A stretch of DNA of 32,000 nt from Erysipelotrichaceae bacterium MTC7 (GTDB lineage Bacteria > Bacillota_I > Bacilli_A > Erysipelotrichales > Erysipelotrichaceae). Below, one piece after another: positions 1 through 8,280 of this stretch; the stretch's first letter is position 1; the number at the start of each line of letters is the position of its first letter. A model generated the notes under the pieces. That model was not told the DNA's origin, made no database searches, and saw only the letters and a program-made list of their open reading frames with translations. The position numbers were made by a program, and so were the translations under genes. The stretch lies in contig LVZN01000001.1 in NCBI GenBank assembly GCA_001695645.1, positions 1 to 32,000 on the forward strand. Reading direction: 5' to 3'.

Positions 1-1100
1 AAGAAGGATTTGAGGTCCTTATGGATCGCTACAATGAGCTCAAAGAAAACAGTGGTCACGAAGTGATGTTTATCTTTGAATCTACCGGGGTGTATCACAA
101 AGTGATTCAACACTTCTTGGAAGAAAAAATCGCAAGAAATTTATTATGATTAGTCCATTACAGTCTGCAAAGGTGCGCAAGTTGGATCTAAGAGCTGCAA
201 AAACTGATAAATTGGATCCAATGTATATCGCTAAAGCGTACTATATGTTGGATATCGATATAAGTGTCAAGAAGCAAGAGGTGTATGATGAGTTGATGCA
301 GTTGGATCGTTATTATGAAGCGCAGTTAACCTCACTAACAAAGGCTAAAGTACATTATCGAGAGAGTCTCGATTTAGTATTCCCTAGACTTGATGAACAT
401 TTCGATGTATATGATCCTTGTGTTGTATTGATGATCCAAAAGTATAAGCATCCTGAGAACATACAGCGCAAAGAAGTGAAAACTGTGATTGACTATTTAA
501 CTAAAAAGAATTCACATAGAAAAGCATATTTGCAGTCATTTGCAATCACTTTTATTGATTACTGCAAGGATTGTATGAGTGGATGTAGCATGAATGATAT
601 AGCAATCGACATTCTTTTAGGTCATCTAGACAGTGTTGAACATTTTCAACAGAAAGTTGATTACACATTCAAACGAATGAGAGAACTTGCTAGAAGCCTT
701 AAGCAATACGAGCAATTAATAAGTATCCCAGGAATTGGTGAAATCTTAGCAACAAGACTGATTGCAGAGATTGGTGATATGGATCGATTTGATTCCCATA
801 AACAGCTAATTGCATATGCTGGCATAGAACCTATTATCTATCAATCTGGAAAGAAGGATGGAATGCATTATCGGATGAGTAAAAAAGGAAATAAAATACT
901 GCGCAAGTTATTATATTTAGCCATTACTTGTAGTCTTAGAAGCAAAACACAAGATAACAAAATCAAAGAATATTACCAAAAGAAAAGACAACAAGATAAC
1001 CCAATGTATTATCTCGCTGTCTATTTCGCCTGCGCCAATAAATTACTACGAATAATTTATGGCATGTATAAATCGAATTCGATTTATCAATAACCAGGTC
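1..1100 (+). mobile_element. IS110-family insertion sequence. The 5' end is cut by the window edge and the 3' boundary is approximate.
   Basis: The transposase reads in two frames. Frame 3 (3..149) gives EGFEVLMDRYNELKENSGHEVMFIFESTGVYHKVIQHFLEEK, the DEDD N-terminal domain with an ESTGxYH motif. Frame 2 (146..1093) gives the Transposase_20-type C-terminal domain (IPGIGEILATRLIAEIGDMDRFDSHKQLIAYAGIEPIIYQSGKK...SKKGNKILRKLLY). Confidence 0.8.
146..1093 (+). pseudogene. IS110-family transposase, the part downstream of the frameshift. The N-terminal part lies in another frame at 3..149.
   Basis: ORF track plus manual translation of 3..149. Adding one A to the A6 run at 124..129 gives a continuous ...HFLEEKNRKKFIMISPLQSAK... 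reading frame, which matches the usual IS110 layout (YH..L....G..V.VVNPL). Confidence 0.7.
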
Positions 1101-1117
1101 CATTATAACACTTTTCT

Positions 1118-1138
1118 AAAAAAACTGACATAGTTCAG
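1118..1138. terminator. Weak hairpin with flanking A and T runs. Possibly a bidirectional terminator between the IS110 element and hsdR.
   Basis: ctgacatagttcag (CTGA/TCAG stem) is preceded by aaaaaaa and followed by gattttt. The stem is only 4-5 bp. Confidence 0.3.
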
Positions 1139-1215
1139 GATTTTTAGTGTGATGAAATATCATAGAATGATTTTTTAATATTATACTTGATTTTTATTAA
1201 CTAATTTTTTGTTGG

Positions 1216-4200
1216 TCAGTCTTTTTTATTCTTTTCTCCATAGGTAGCAGAGTCTTCTGCAACCATACTTAACTCCGGTTCTGAAATCTTATAAATGAAC
1301 TTCTTTTTTAATCGTTCATACAGGACTGTGCCGATTGACTCCATAACCTGTTTCATCATGCCTGGGTCAGAGAACATACGAACAAAAAAATCATCATTTT
1401 GCTCATATCTGCTGGCAGCCATTTCAGGGAAGTCCTTCTCAAATAGCAACATGAATGTTTTGCGGTCGTTATTCTTAGCATAGCTTTGCCACTTTTCTTC
1501 AGATGCATAATCATTTTCAAGTTGTAATAGCACCTTGTCCATTTCTGTAAAGTTTGTTCCGTACTTCTCATTAATTTTATCAATCAGAACAGTAAGAGGG
1601 TCTTTCTTCTTTTCACGTCTTCCGGATTCTCCTGTAATAGAGTGAAATCCTTCCTCTGTTCCTTCAAGACCTATATTACCTTCGAAATCTTTTTCAAGAC
1701 GATAGTATTCGAGCAACACCTTGTCATCAACATCGACTTTTTCTCCACCACCTTTTGGCAACATGGTAGCAAGAAATTTAGCATACACGCTGAATTTATG
1801 TATATCCTTATCAAACAATCTGCATACCTGCGTAACGAATGCATAGATTCGATTAAAGCGTTGTATCGTTCCTTTGAAAATATCCTTCTTGTCATCGGCT
1901 AAAGCATTATATCTGTCTAACGCAGGTCTAATAGTACCTTGTAATTTACCAAGGTCTCCAGCCACCTGTGTTTTAGACGCATAGAATATTTCTGCAAATT
2001 TATCTATCTCCATTTGCTGATATACACGGAAACCATCCAGTGTGTTTTTCAAGTCATAAATCACATTCGGATTTGTTTCTTCTTCAAGAACAGTTTCTTC
2101 ATAATATGGTTCAAATGACTTCTTGATATCCTCTGCAGAGTTTACGAAATCAAGGACGAAGGTATCCTGCTTTCCACGCATTGTTCGGTTAAGTCTGGAA
2201 AGAGTCTGTACAGCTTTAACACCAGACAATTTCTTATCAACAAACATCGTATGCAATAAAGGTTCATCAAATCCGGTTTGATATTTTTCCGCAACAATCA
2301 GCATACCAAATTCATCGGTGTGGAATGCTTCTGGCAGAGCCTTTTCTTTTATAGTTTCTCCGACATTGTTTTTATTTAATTTTTCCTCGGTGTACTTTTC
2401 TCCATCGTCATCGACTTCGCCTGAAAATGCAACCAGAACATCAAGGTCGGTATAACCTTTTTCCTGTATCTGACGCTTGAATTCGTGTAAATATCGTACT
2501 GCGTGTAAACGAGACGGTGTAACAATCATTGCTTTTGCTTTACCACCGATTTTATGCATCGTCACATTTCTGAACTGTTCAAGCATAACAGAAGTCTTTT
2601 GTGAAATATTATGTGGATGCAAGGATTCATAATTAAGAATGGCTTTTACCCCTGCTGCTGTGTCGAGTTCTGGATTATCAGCAATGCTCTTGGTAATCTT
2701 ATAATACATTTTATAGGTCATATAATTTTGCAATACATCAAGAATAAAACGTTCCTCAATTGCCTGTCTCATAGAATAAATGTGGAACGGATGATACTTA
2801 CCTTCTTTATCACGGCAACCAAACATCTGCAGGGTTTTATCCTTTGGTGTAGCCGTAAAAGCAAAGAAGGATAAGTTGTCATGTATCCCTTGTGCTGCCA
2901 GTTCGTCAAGAAGTTTGTCCTCATCATCCTTACGCCTGCTTTCTTCTTCATATTCCATTTCGGCATATTCTTCAAGTATCTTTTCAGTGTCAGCCAATGC
3001 ACGTTTTAATTTTTTAGCTGCATCTCCTGTTTGAGAAGAGTGTGCTTCATCAACGATAATGGCGAAACGCTTATTGCCGGATTTCACTTCTTTATAGATA
3101 ACAGGGAATTTTTGCAATGTAGTAATGATAATACCTGTTCCAGCTTCAATGGCATCTTTCAATTGCTGTGCGTTTTTATCAATCTTCTGAACAACACCTT
3201 CCACATGGTCAAACTGATACACGGTATTTTGTAACTGGCTATCAAGCACTCGTCTGTCTGTAACAATAATTACTGACTGGAATATCTTCTCATCAGAATC
3301 ATCGTGCAAACCACTTAAACGGTGTGCTAACCATGCAATAGAATTAGACTTTCCGGAGCCTGCACTATGTTGAATTAAGTAATTATTTCCTGCACCATTT
3401 TCTTTCACATCTGCTAATAATTTTGTGACTACATCAAGCTGATGGTAACGAGGGAATATCATGCGTTCTTCCTTTACTTCTCCCGTTTTATCATCCTTGA
3501 TTACCTGTAAATGCAGATATTTATGTACAATTTCAAGTAGACGGTCTTTGCGCAAAACACTCTTCCATAGATACTCTGTGTCATAACCATCATCGTTAAT
3601 CGGGTTGCCTTTTCCACCGACTTTTCCCGCACCATTACTGCCTTGATTGAATGGTAAGAAATATGTTTTACCACCTTGTAAGCGTGTGGTCATATATACA
3701 TTAGTAAGGTCAACTGCAAAATGCACAAGCACTCGGTTCTTAAACTCAAAGATTGCATCATTGCCTGCACGGTCAAATTTATACTGGGCAATAGCATTTG
3801 CCGTATCCTGCCCTGTAAATTGGCACTTCAGTTCCATAGACACAACAGGAATACCATTGATAAAAAGCACAATATCAATACTGTTTTCATTCTGCAAAGA
3901 ATAGTGCAACTGCCTTGTGCAGTGCATAATGTTGGAATCATATTGCTTTACAATCGTTTCATTGATGCTCGTTTCCGGTTTCCAAAATACCGCACGGAAT
4001 TTAATGCCACGGTCTGTAAAACCTTGACGCAGAACCTTTAAAAGACCCACCATTTTTACTTCACGGCAGAAACGGTCTATGATTTGTTTTTCGGAATCTG
4101 AACCATATATTTTCACATATCGTTCCCATTGCTTAGGCTGGCTCTCCTTGATAAATGAAACAAATGTCTCCTTATCAAGAGCAAGCTTACGGTCAAAGTT

Positions 4201-4293
4201 TTTAGGATTGCCTTTTGTATAGCCTCCTTCAGTACAAAGGAAGCTTTCAATATCTTCTTCAAATCGCTTTTCTTTTACGTCAAAATCTGATAT
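1216..4293 (-). CDS. hsdR: Type I restriction enzyme R subunit (HsdR), SF2 helicase/nuclease
   Basis: Walker A (QHSAGSGKSNS) and DEAH box (IVDEAHSSQ), with HsdR-typical N-terminal nuclease-region similarity (IDIVLFINGIPVVSMELK). The ORF track starts at a GTG at 4116. The same frame stays open up to the TGA at 4329..4327 and encodes a typical HsdR N-terminus (SDFDVKEKRFEEDIESFLCTEGGYTKGNPKNFDRKLALDKETFVSFIKESQPKQWERY). The start was therefore placed at ATA 4293..4291, which is uncertain. Confidence 0.88.
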   Translation of the reverse strand: MSDFDVKEKRFEEDIESFLCTEGGYTKGNPKNFDRKLALDKETFVSFIKESQPKQWERYVKIYGSDSEKQIIDRFCREVKMVGLLKVLRQGFTDRGIKFRAVFWKPETSINETIVKQYDSNIMHCTRQLHYSLQNENSIDIVLFINGIPVVSMELKCQFTGQDTANAIAQYKFDRAGNDAIFEFKNRVLVHFAVDLTNVYMTTRLQGGKTYFLPFNQGSNGAGKVGGKGNPINDDGYDTEYLWKSVLRKDRLLEIVHKYLHLQVIKDDKTGEVKEERMIFPRYHQLDVVTKLLADVKENGAGNNYLIQHSAGSGKSNSIAWLAHRLSGLHDDSDEKIFQSVIIVTDRRVLDSQLQNTVYQFDHVEGVVQKIDKNAQQLKDAIEAGTGIIITTLQKFPVIYKEVKSGNKRFAIIVDEAHSSQTGDAAKKLKRALADTEKILEEYAEMEYEEESRRKDDEDKLLDELAAQGIHDNLSFFAFTATPKDKTLQMFGCRDKEGKYHPFHIYSMRQAIEERFILDVLQNYMTYKMYYKITKSIADNPELDTAAGVKAILNYESLHPHNISQKTSVMLEQFRNVTMHKIGGKAKAMIVTPSRLHAVRYLHEFKRQIQEKGYTDLDVLVAFSGEVDDDGEKYTEEKLNKNNVGETIKEKALPEAFHTDEFGMLIVAEKYQTGFDEPLLHTMFVDKKLSGVKAVQTLSRLNRTMRGKQDTFVLDFVNSAEDIKKSFEPYYEETVLEEETNPNVIYDLKNTLDGFRVYQQMEIDKFAEIFYASKTQVAGDLGKLQGTIRPALDRYNALADDKKDIFKGTIQRFNRIYAFVTQVCRLFDKDIHKFSVYAKFLATMLPKGGGEKVDVDDKVLLEYYRLEKDFEGNIGLEGTEEGFHSITGESGRREKKKDPLTVLIDKINEKYGTNFTEMDKVLLQLENDYASEEKWQSYAKNNDRKTFMLLFEKDFPEMAASRYEQNDDFFVRMFSDPGMMKQVMESIGTVLYERLKKKFIYKISEPELSMVAEDSATYGEKNKKD

Positions 4294-4685
4294 TAGATAT
4301 TCACCTCCGTTAGTATTTTTTGAATCTCACCATAATAGCAGTCCCTATTTTTAGGATACTCTGTAATAGTGAATCCAAACTTTTCGTAAAAATGATGAAG
4401 TCTTTCCTTGTGGTCTGTGTCAATGATGGATAAATTTCCATGGATTGTCGTATATCCATACTCTGTAGCATATGATAATAGCTTGTCCATCATAATAGAA
4501 CCGTAACCTTTATTGTAATCACGATTTTTCATATGAACGATATCACCAATCAAAATGGATTCATCTGATTCAATAACACACTGCATTTTAGATGTCATCT
4601 TGCTCTTAACAAAGCATTTTACCATCAGCAGCATATCAGATTTATCGATTCTAACCTCTGGCGATTGTGACTTATGAAAGAACAT
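4293..4685 (-). CDS. Small GNAT-family N-acetyltransferase (130 aa) embedded in the hsd operon
   Basis: Acetyl-CoA motif A-like segment (DIVHMKNRDYNKGYGSIMMDKLLSYATEYGYTTI) and C-terminal FYEKFGF. A GGAGGTG RBS lies inside the last hsdS codons, 6 nt before the ATG. Its own last codons (ACG GAG GTG AAT ATC TAA) supply the RBS for hsdR. Confidence 0.75.
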   Translation of the reverse strand: MFFHKSQSPEVRIDKSDMLLMVKCFVKSKMTSKMQCVIESDESILIGDIVHMKNRDYNKGYGSIMMDKLLSYATEYGYTTIHGNLSIIDTDHKERLHHFYEKFGFTITEYPKNRDCYYGEIQKILTEVNI

Positions 4686-4688
4686 GGC

Positions 4689-5927
4689 TCACACCTCCAT
4701 CTTTCCGGTAACAACCTCGTAAATCAGAGATTTTTTGTATTCGGTCAATTTGTCTATTGCTGATTGTTTACGACTTATAATAATATCTAATTCTTGACAC
4801 AGTTCCGTGATTCTATCAACCGCTTGTATTTGCAGTTCCATTGATGGAATATTGATTGATATTTGTGACAGCAAATCTTGATTTATATTGCTAATATTAG
4901 AACCCTGACTATACTTCTCAAGTTGTTTTCTGAAATAAGGGCTTCTAAAAAAGTATAACAAATACATATCATTTATGATGTCTGTTCTATTATTGCGAAA
5001 TCTGATGCAGAAGCCACTGTAAGTAAGTGGAAAATTTATATTTTCGACCATAATACTACGTCCAACAAGTTCTTTGCTCCCATTAGATCGTACGAAAACT
5101 ATATCACCACTTCTTAACAAATAATCTTCTGCAATATCATTATCAATAATTATATCCGAGAACATTTCTTCACTATTTAAAATGAAGTGGTCTTTAAAAT
5201 CACCAACTCCAAGAAATTTTATTCGTTTACTGCTCGTATTACTATTGAAATTTAAGCCGTTTTTCATTGTAGCGATGTATCCCAAATGACATCTATCTCC
5301 ATCAACATCTACAATAGCTTCATTTATTGCAGATAGCTTGTATTCCTTCAGCTTTTCAATCATAGCCTGCTCACGCTCGATGATGGCGTCGATTTTAGAG
5401 CACTTGCTGTCGAGGTAGTCGGCAATACGGTGTTGCAAAATAGAAGGTGCTACTGGTAATGCCACTGTATTTAATTTTGACATTTGAATACGCATTCGTA
5501 TTTCCATAATGCCATTTCCATAACCTTTTAACTTGCTTTGTAATTCCTTGGTTTGAAACAGATAATTATAATATCTAATATCATCATTTTCGTTTCGTGG
5601 AAAGAGCATATAATACACCGGACTAACACACCCATAATAATCAGATAAGGCAACAGACCCAATAATTACATTCATGCTGTTTAAAACTATATCACCTTGA
5701 TGTGCGAGTTTGTATCCGGTTAAATCATCTTTTGATTTATTTCCAATCTCTCCTTTATCGCTGTAGGGAATAACACCTCTATCATTTGTCAGCGATAAAA
5801 TAAAATCTGTTTTCACTGGATTATTTGATTCGTTTCTTTCACAGAGAACCGCTTTAAGTCTTTTGACAGTCCAACCAGATGGAATTACACCAATCCAATC
5901 TATTCCACTTTCTTTCATATCAATCAT
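4689..5927 (-). CDS. hsdS: Type I restriction-modification specificity subunit (HsdS), with two target-recognition domains
   Basis: Two variable halves are separated by conserved coiled-coil spacers (LPVAPSILQHRIADYLDSKCSKIDAIIEREQAMIEKLKEYK and IPSMELQIQAVDRITELCQELDIIISRKQSAIDKLTEYKKSLIYEVVTGK). It overlaps the hsdM stop by 4 nt. Confidence 0.9.
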   Translation of the reverse strand: MIDMKESGIDWIGVIPSGWTVKRLKAVLCERNESNNPVKTDFILSLTNDRGVIPYSDKGEIGNKSKDDLTGYKLAHQGDIVLNSMNVIIGSVALSDYYGCVSPVYYMLFPRNENDDIRYYNYLFQTKELQSKLKGYGNGIMEIRMRIQMSKLNTVALPVAPSILQHRIADYLDSKCSKIDAIIEREQAMIEKLKEYKLSAINEAIVDVDGDRCHLGYIATMKNGLNFNSNTSSKRIKFLGVGDFKDHFILNSEEMFSDIIIDNDIAEDYLLRSGDIVFVRSNGSKELVGRSIMVENINFPLTYSGFCIRFRNNRTDIINDMYLLYFFRSPYFRKQLEKYSQGSNISNINQDLLSQISINIPSMELQIQAVDRITELCQELDIIISRKQSAIDKLTEYKKSLIYEVVTGKMEV

Positions 5928-7654
5928 AAGCTAAACACCTCCGCCAAGGCTCCATCTAACTCAGTTTCGATATCCATAATTTCTGCCATGATTTCAGCAG
6001 AACTGCGAGGTGCTTCATATTTATAAAAATAGCGTGTGAATGGTATTTCATATCCAACCTTAGATTTGTTTTTATCAATCCAAGCATCCGGTGCGAAAGG
6101 AAGAACTTCACGCTTGAAGTATTCCGAAATATCCTCTTTCAATGGCACATTTTCTGTATCACGAAGAGAAGTGTCAGGTTGCTTTTTACCTTTCTTTAAC
6201 ACAAGTTCTCCGTTCTCGTCTTTGAGTGGACGCTCAACAGTGATTTTTGTGTAGCCAAAATCCTCCGTGTCATAAATCTGGCTGATTTCACTTGTCTTGA
6301 AATCTCCATAAATCTGCGTGATTTCATTGATTGCAGAAATAGGAATATCATTACGTTTGTTGCCTAATGTTTTTCTTCTTCTTTCATACAAATCATTAGC
6401 ATTGATAAGTTGAACTTTTCCCTCACGCATTGTGCCTGTTTTCTTGTTGGAAAGCACCCAGATATATGTTGCAATACCTGTGTTATAGAAGATGTCGTTT
6501 GGCAAAGCTATAATAGCCTCAAGCAAATCGTTCTCTAAAATATACTTTCTAATATCAGAAGGTCCACTTCCGGCATCGCCTGTGAACAGTGGAGAGCCGT
6601 TATGAATAATTGCAATACGACTACCACCCTGTGTTATATCTTTCATTTTGGAAATAGCAGTCATGAGGAACAGCATCTGTCCGTCACTTGCTGCCGGTAG
6701 TCCAGCCCCAAATCTACCTGCAAATCCAAGCTTTGCTTCTTTTTCAACTTTTGGTTTTTCGTTTTTCCATTCACGTCCAAAAGGCGGATTGGAAAGAATA
6801 TAGTCAAAGGTTTGTCCTTCGAATTGATCATCTGAAAGTGTATTACCATCTTTGATGAATTCAGCATTATTTCCCTTGATAAGCATATCTGCTTTACAGA
6901 TAGCAAAAGTCTGGTCATTTAACTCTTGTCCGAATGCCATAATTTCAGTAGAGGCATTCATCTTGTGCATATATTCCTCAGCCACAGATAGCATACCGCC
7001 GGTTCCACAGGCAGGGTCATAAATTGTCTTTGCTACGTTGTTGCCTGATAGAACATCATTATCGTCATAGAACAGAATATTAACCATAAGTTCAATAACT
7101 TCACGAGGAGTGTAATGCTGTCCTGCATCCTCATTATGTGCCTCAGAAAATCTTCTGATGATTTCTTCAAAAACATATCCCATCTCAAGATTAGAAATAA
7201 CACTTGGGTGCAGATTTGCTTTTGGAGATGTAAATTCTTTTATGACAATATAAAGGATGCCCTTATTAGCCATAGTAGTGATGTGACCATCAAACTTGAA
7301 CTTCTCAATAATATCCTGAACATTCTCAGAGAACCCGTTTAAGTAGTCACGGAAATTTGCTTCTATATTGTCCGGGTCATCAAGCAATTTGTCAAAATCA
7401 TATTTGCTTGTATTGTAAAATGCGTGACCGGATGCTTTACGCAAAAGGACATCACGCATAGGTAATGCTTTCACGCTTTCATATTTATCAAGCACAGCCC
7501 CCTTTGTATCAGCAAGAATACTATCAAAACGTTTAATAACTGTCATAGGAAGAATGACTTCTCCATATTCATGTGGCTTGTATACTCCTGTCAATTTATC
7601 TGCGATTGCCCATATAAGGGCAGCCTTTTCACTTACATTACTACTTAAGCTCAT
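5924..7654 (-). CDS. hsdM: Type I restriction-modification N6-adenine DNA methyltransferase subunit (HsdM)
   Basis: Motif I is DPACGTGGML and motif IV is NPPFG. There is an HsdM N-terminal domain (AALIWAIADKLTGVYKPHEYGEVILPMTVIKRFD). The start was moved to the second ATG (MSLSSN...) because GGAGGT sits 7 nt upstream of it. The ORF-track start is 7669. Confidence 0.92.
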   Translation of the reverse strand: MSLSSNVSEKAALIWAIADKLTGVYKPHEYGEVILPMTVIKRFDSILADTKGAVLDKYESVKALPMRDVLLRKASGHAFYNTSKYDFDKLLDDPDNIEANFRDYLNGFSENVQDIIEKFKFDGHITTMANKGILYIVIKEFTSPKANLHPSVISNLEMGYVFEEIIRRFSEAHNEDAGQHYTPREVIELMVNILFYDDNDVLSGNNVAKTIYDPACGTGGMLSVAEEYMHKMNASTEIMAFGQELNDQTFAICKADMLIKGNNAEFIKDGNTLSDDQFEGQTFDYILSNPPFGREWKNEKPKVEKEAKLGFAGRFGAGLPAASDGQMLFLMTAISKMKDITQGGSRIAIIHNGSPLFTGDAGSGPSDIRKYILENDLLEAIIALPNDIFYNTGIATYIWVLSNKKTGTMREGKVQLINANDLYERRRKTLGNKRNDIPISAINEITQIYGDFKTSEISQIYDTEDFGYTKITVERPLKDENGELVLKKGKKQPDTSLRDTENVPLKEDISEYFKREVLPFAPDAWIDKNKSKVGYEIPFTRYFYKYEAPRSSAEIMAEIMDIETELDGALAEVFSL

Positions 7655-7886
7655 AATCCGAACCTCCATTTTTTATTGTGATTTTTTCTCCATTAGGCAA
7701 TGTAAATGATTGCTCATAGGATATATTTAATTCATCAGCTATTTTAACAAGTTCTGTATCTGTGATAGTTCCTCTCTTTAGCTTCGCACTAAAGTTCTGA
7801 GGAGACTGACCAATACGCCTTGCCAATTCAGATAGGCTTATATCCATTCGTACACAAAGCACTTTAATTTGTTCTGCTGTTGTCAT
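7641..7886 (-). CDS. XRE-family helix-turn-helix protein (81 aa). It could be an RM controller-like protein or the element repressor.
   Basis: HTH_3-like segment (ISLSELARRIGQSPQNFSAKLKRGTITDTELVKIADELNIS). It is the first gene of the minus-strand operon and overlaps the hsdM start by 14 nt. Confidence 0.75.
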   Translation of the reverse strand: MTTAEQIKVLCVRMDISLSELARRIGQSPQNFSAKLKRGTITDTELVKIADELNISYEQSFTLPNGEKITIKNGGSDYELK

Positions 7887-7915
7887 ATCACACCTCCATC
7901 AAACTTCTGTGTTTT

Positions 7916-7944
7916 ATTATAAACGATTTCGTTGATAAATACAA
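7916..7944 (-). promoter_or_regulatory. Candidate sigma-A promoter for the HTH-hsdM-hsdS-GNAT-hsdR operon
   Basis: The minus strand reads TTGTAT, a 17-nt spacer, then TATAAT, about 30 nt upstream of the HTH start. The spacer contains the palindrome AACGA-TT-TCGTT (7922..7933). Confidence 0.45.
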
Positions 7945-7985
7945 TCTATTTAAAGCATTGTTTACAAAATAATTGATATTTTTTG

Positions 7986-8012
7986 AGCAGCCGACTATGG
8001 CTGCTTCTTTTT
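7986..8012 (+). terminator. GC-rich hairpin followed by a T run, with no plus-strand gene upstream
   Basis: AGCAGCC-gactat-GGCTGCT is followed by tctttttta. It lies between the divergent operons. Confidence 0.4.
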
Positions 8013-8100
8013 TATTCTTTTTTCCATATGAGGTTTAAATATCATCATTTTCTTTTGCCTGTGACTTAAGGGGTTCGATTGATTAGCATTTCTCGTTTAT

Positions 8101-8280
8101 GAATAGAAGATATTTTTTCTAAAACGTCCTTTTTTATGCGTTCTCAAGGCTATTAGGCATAAGGGAAAATATTTCTGAAAGTTGGTTCTTAAACACAGTG
8201 CAGGTGTCCTTTTACTATCAAAGGGAAAATGATTCCGTGATTTTGTTCTCGAACTGTCCTTTGGAAGATAGAGAGGGATA
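8101..8280. repeat. Three degenerate tandem units of about 60 bp (iteron-like) in the divergent intergenic region
   Basis: The units start near 8101, 8161 and 8221. Units 2 and 3 both begin AAGGGAAAAT(A/G)ATT(T/C)C(T/C)G, followed by GTTCT..AAC and then GTCCTTT. Unit 1 keeps GATATTTTTTCTAAAAC-GTCCTTTT. A further TTTTTTCTGAAATTGG copy lies at about 8395..8410. Confidence 0.55.

Noticed and set aside
7655-7669. Upstream ATG for hsdM (MEVRI...)
   Set aside because: The GGAGGT within these codons is ideally spaced as the RBS for the second ATG (MSLSSN), which matches typical HsdM N-termini.
8060-8090. tRNA-like T-loop string GGGGTTCGATT, considered as a tRNA gene or a tRNA-derived att remnant
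   Set aside because: There is no complementary T-stem, acceptor stem or anticodon arm around it. It is an isolated 9-mer resemblance only.
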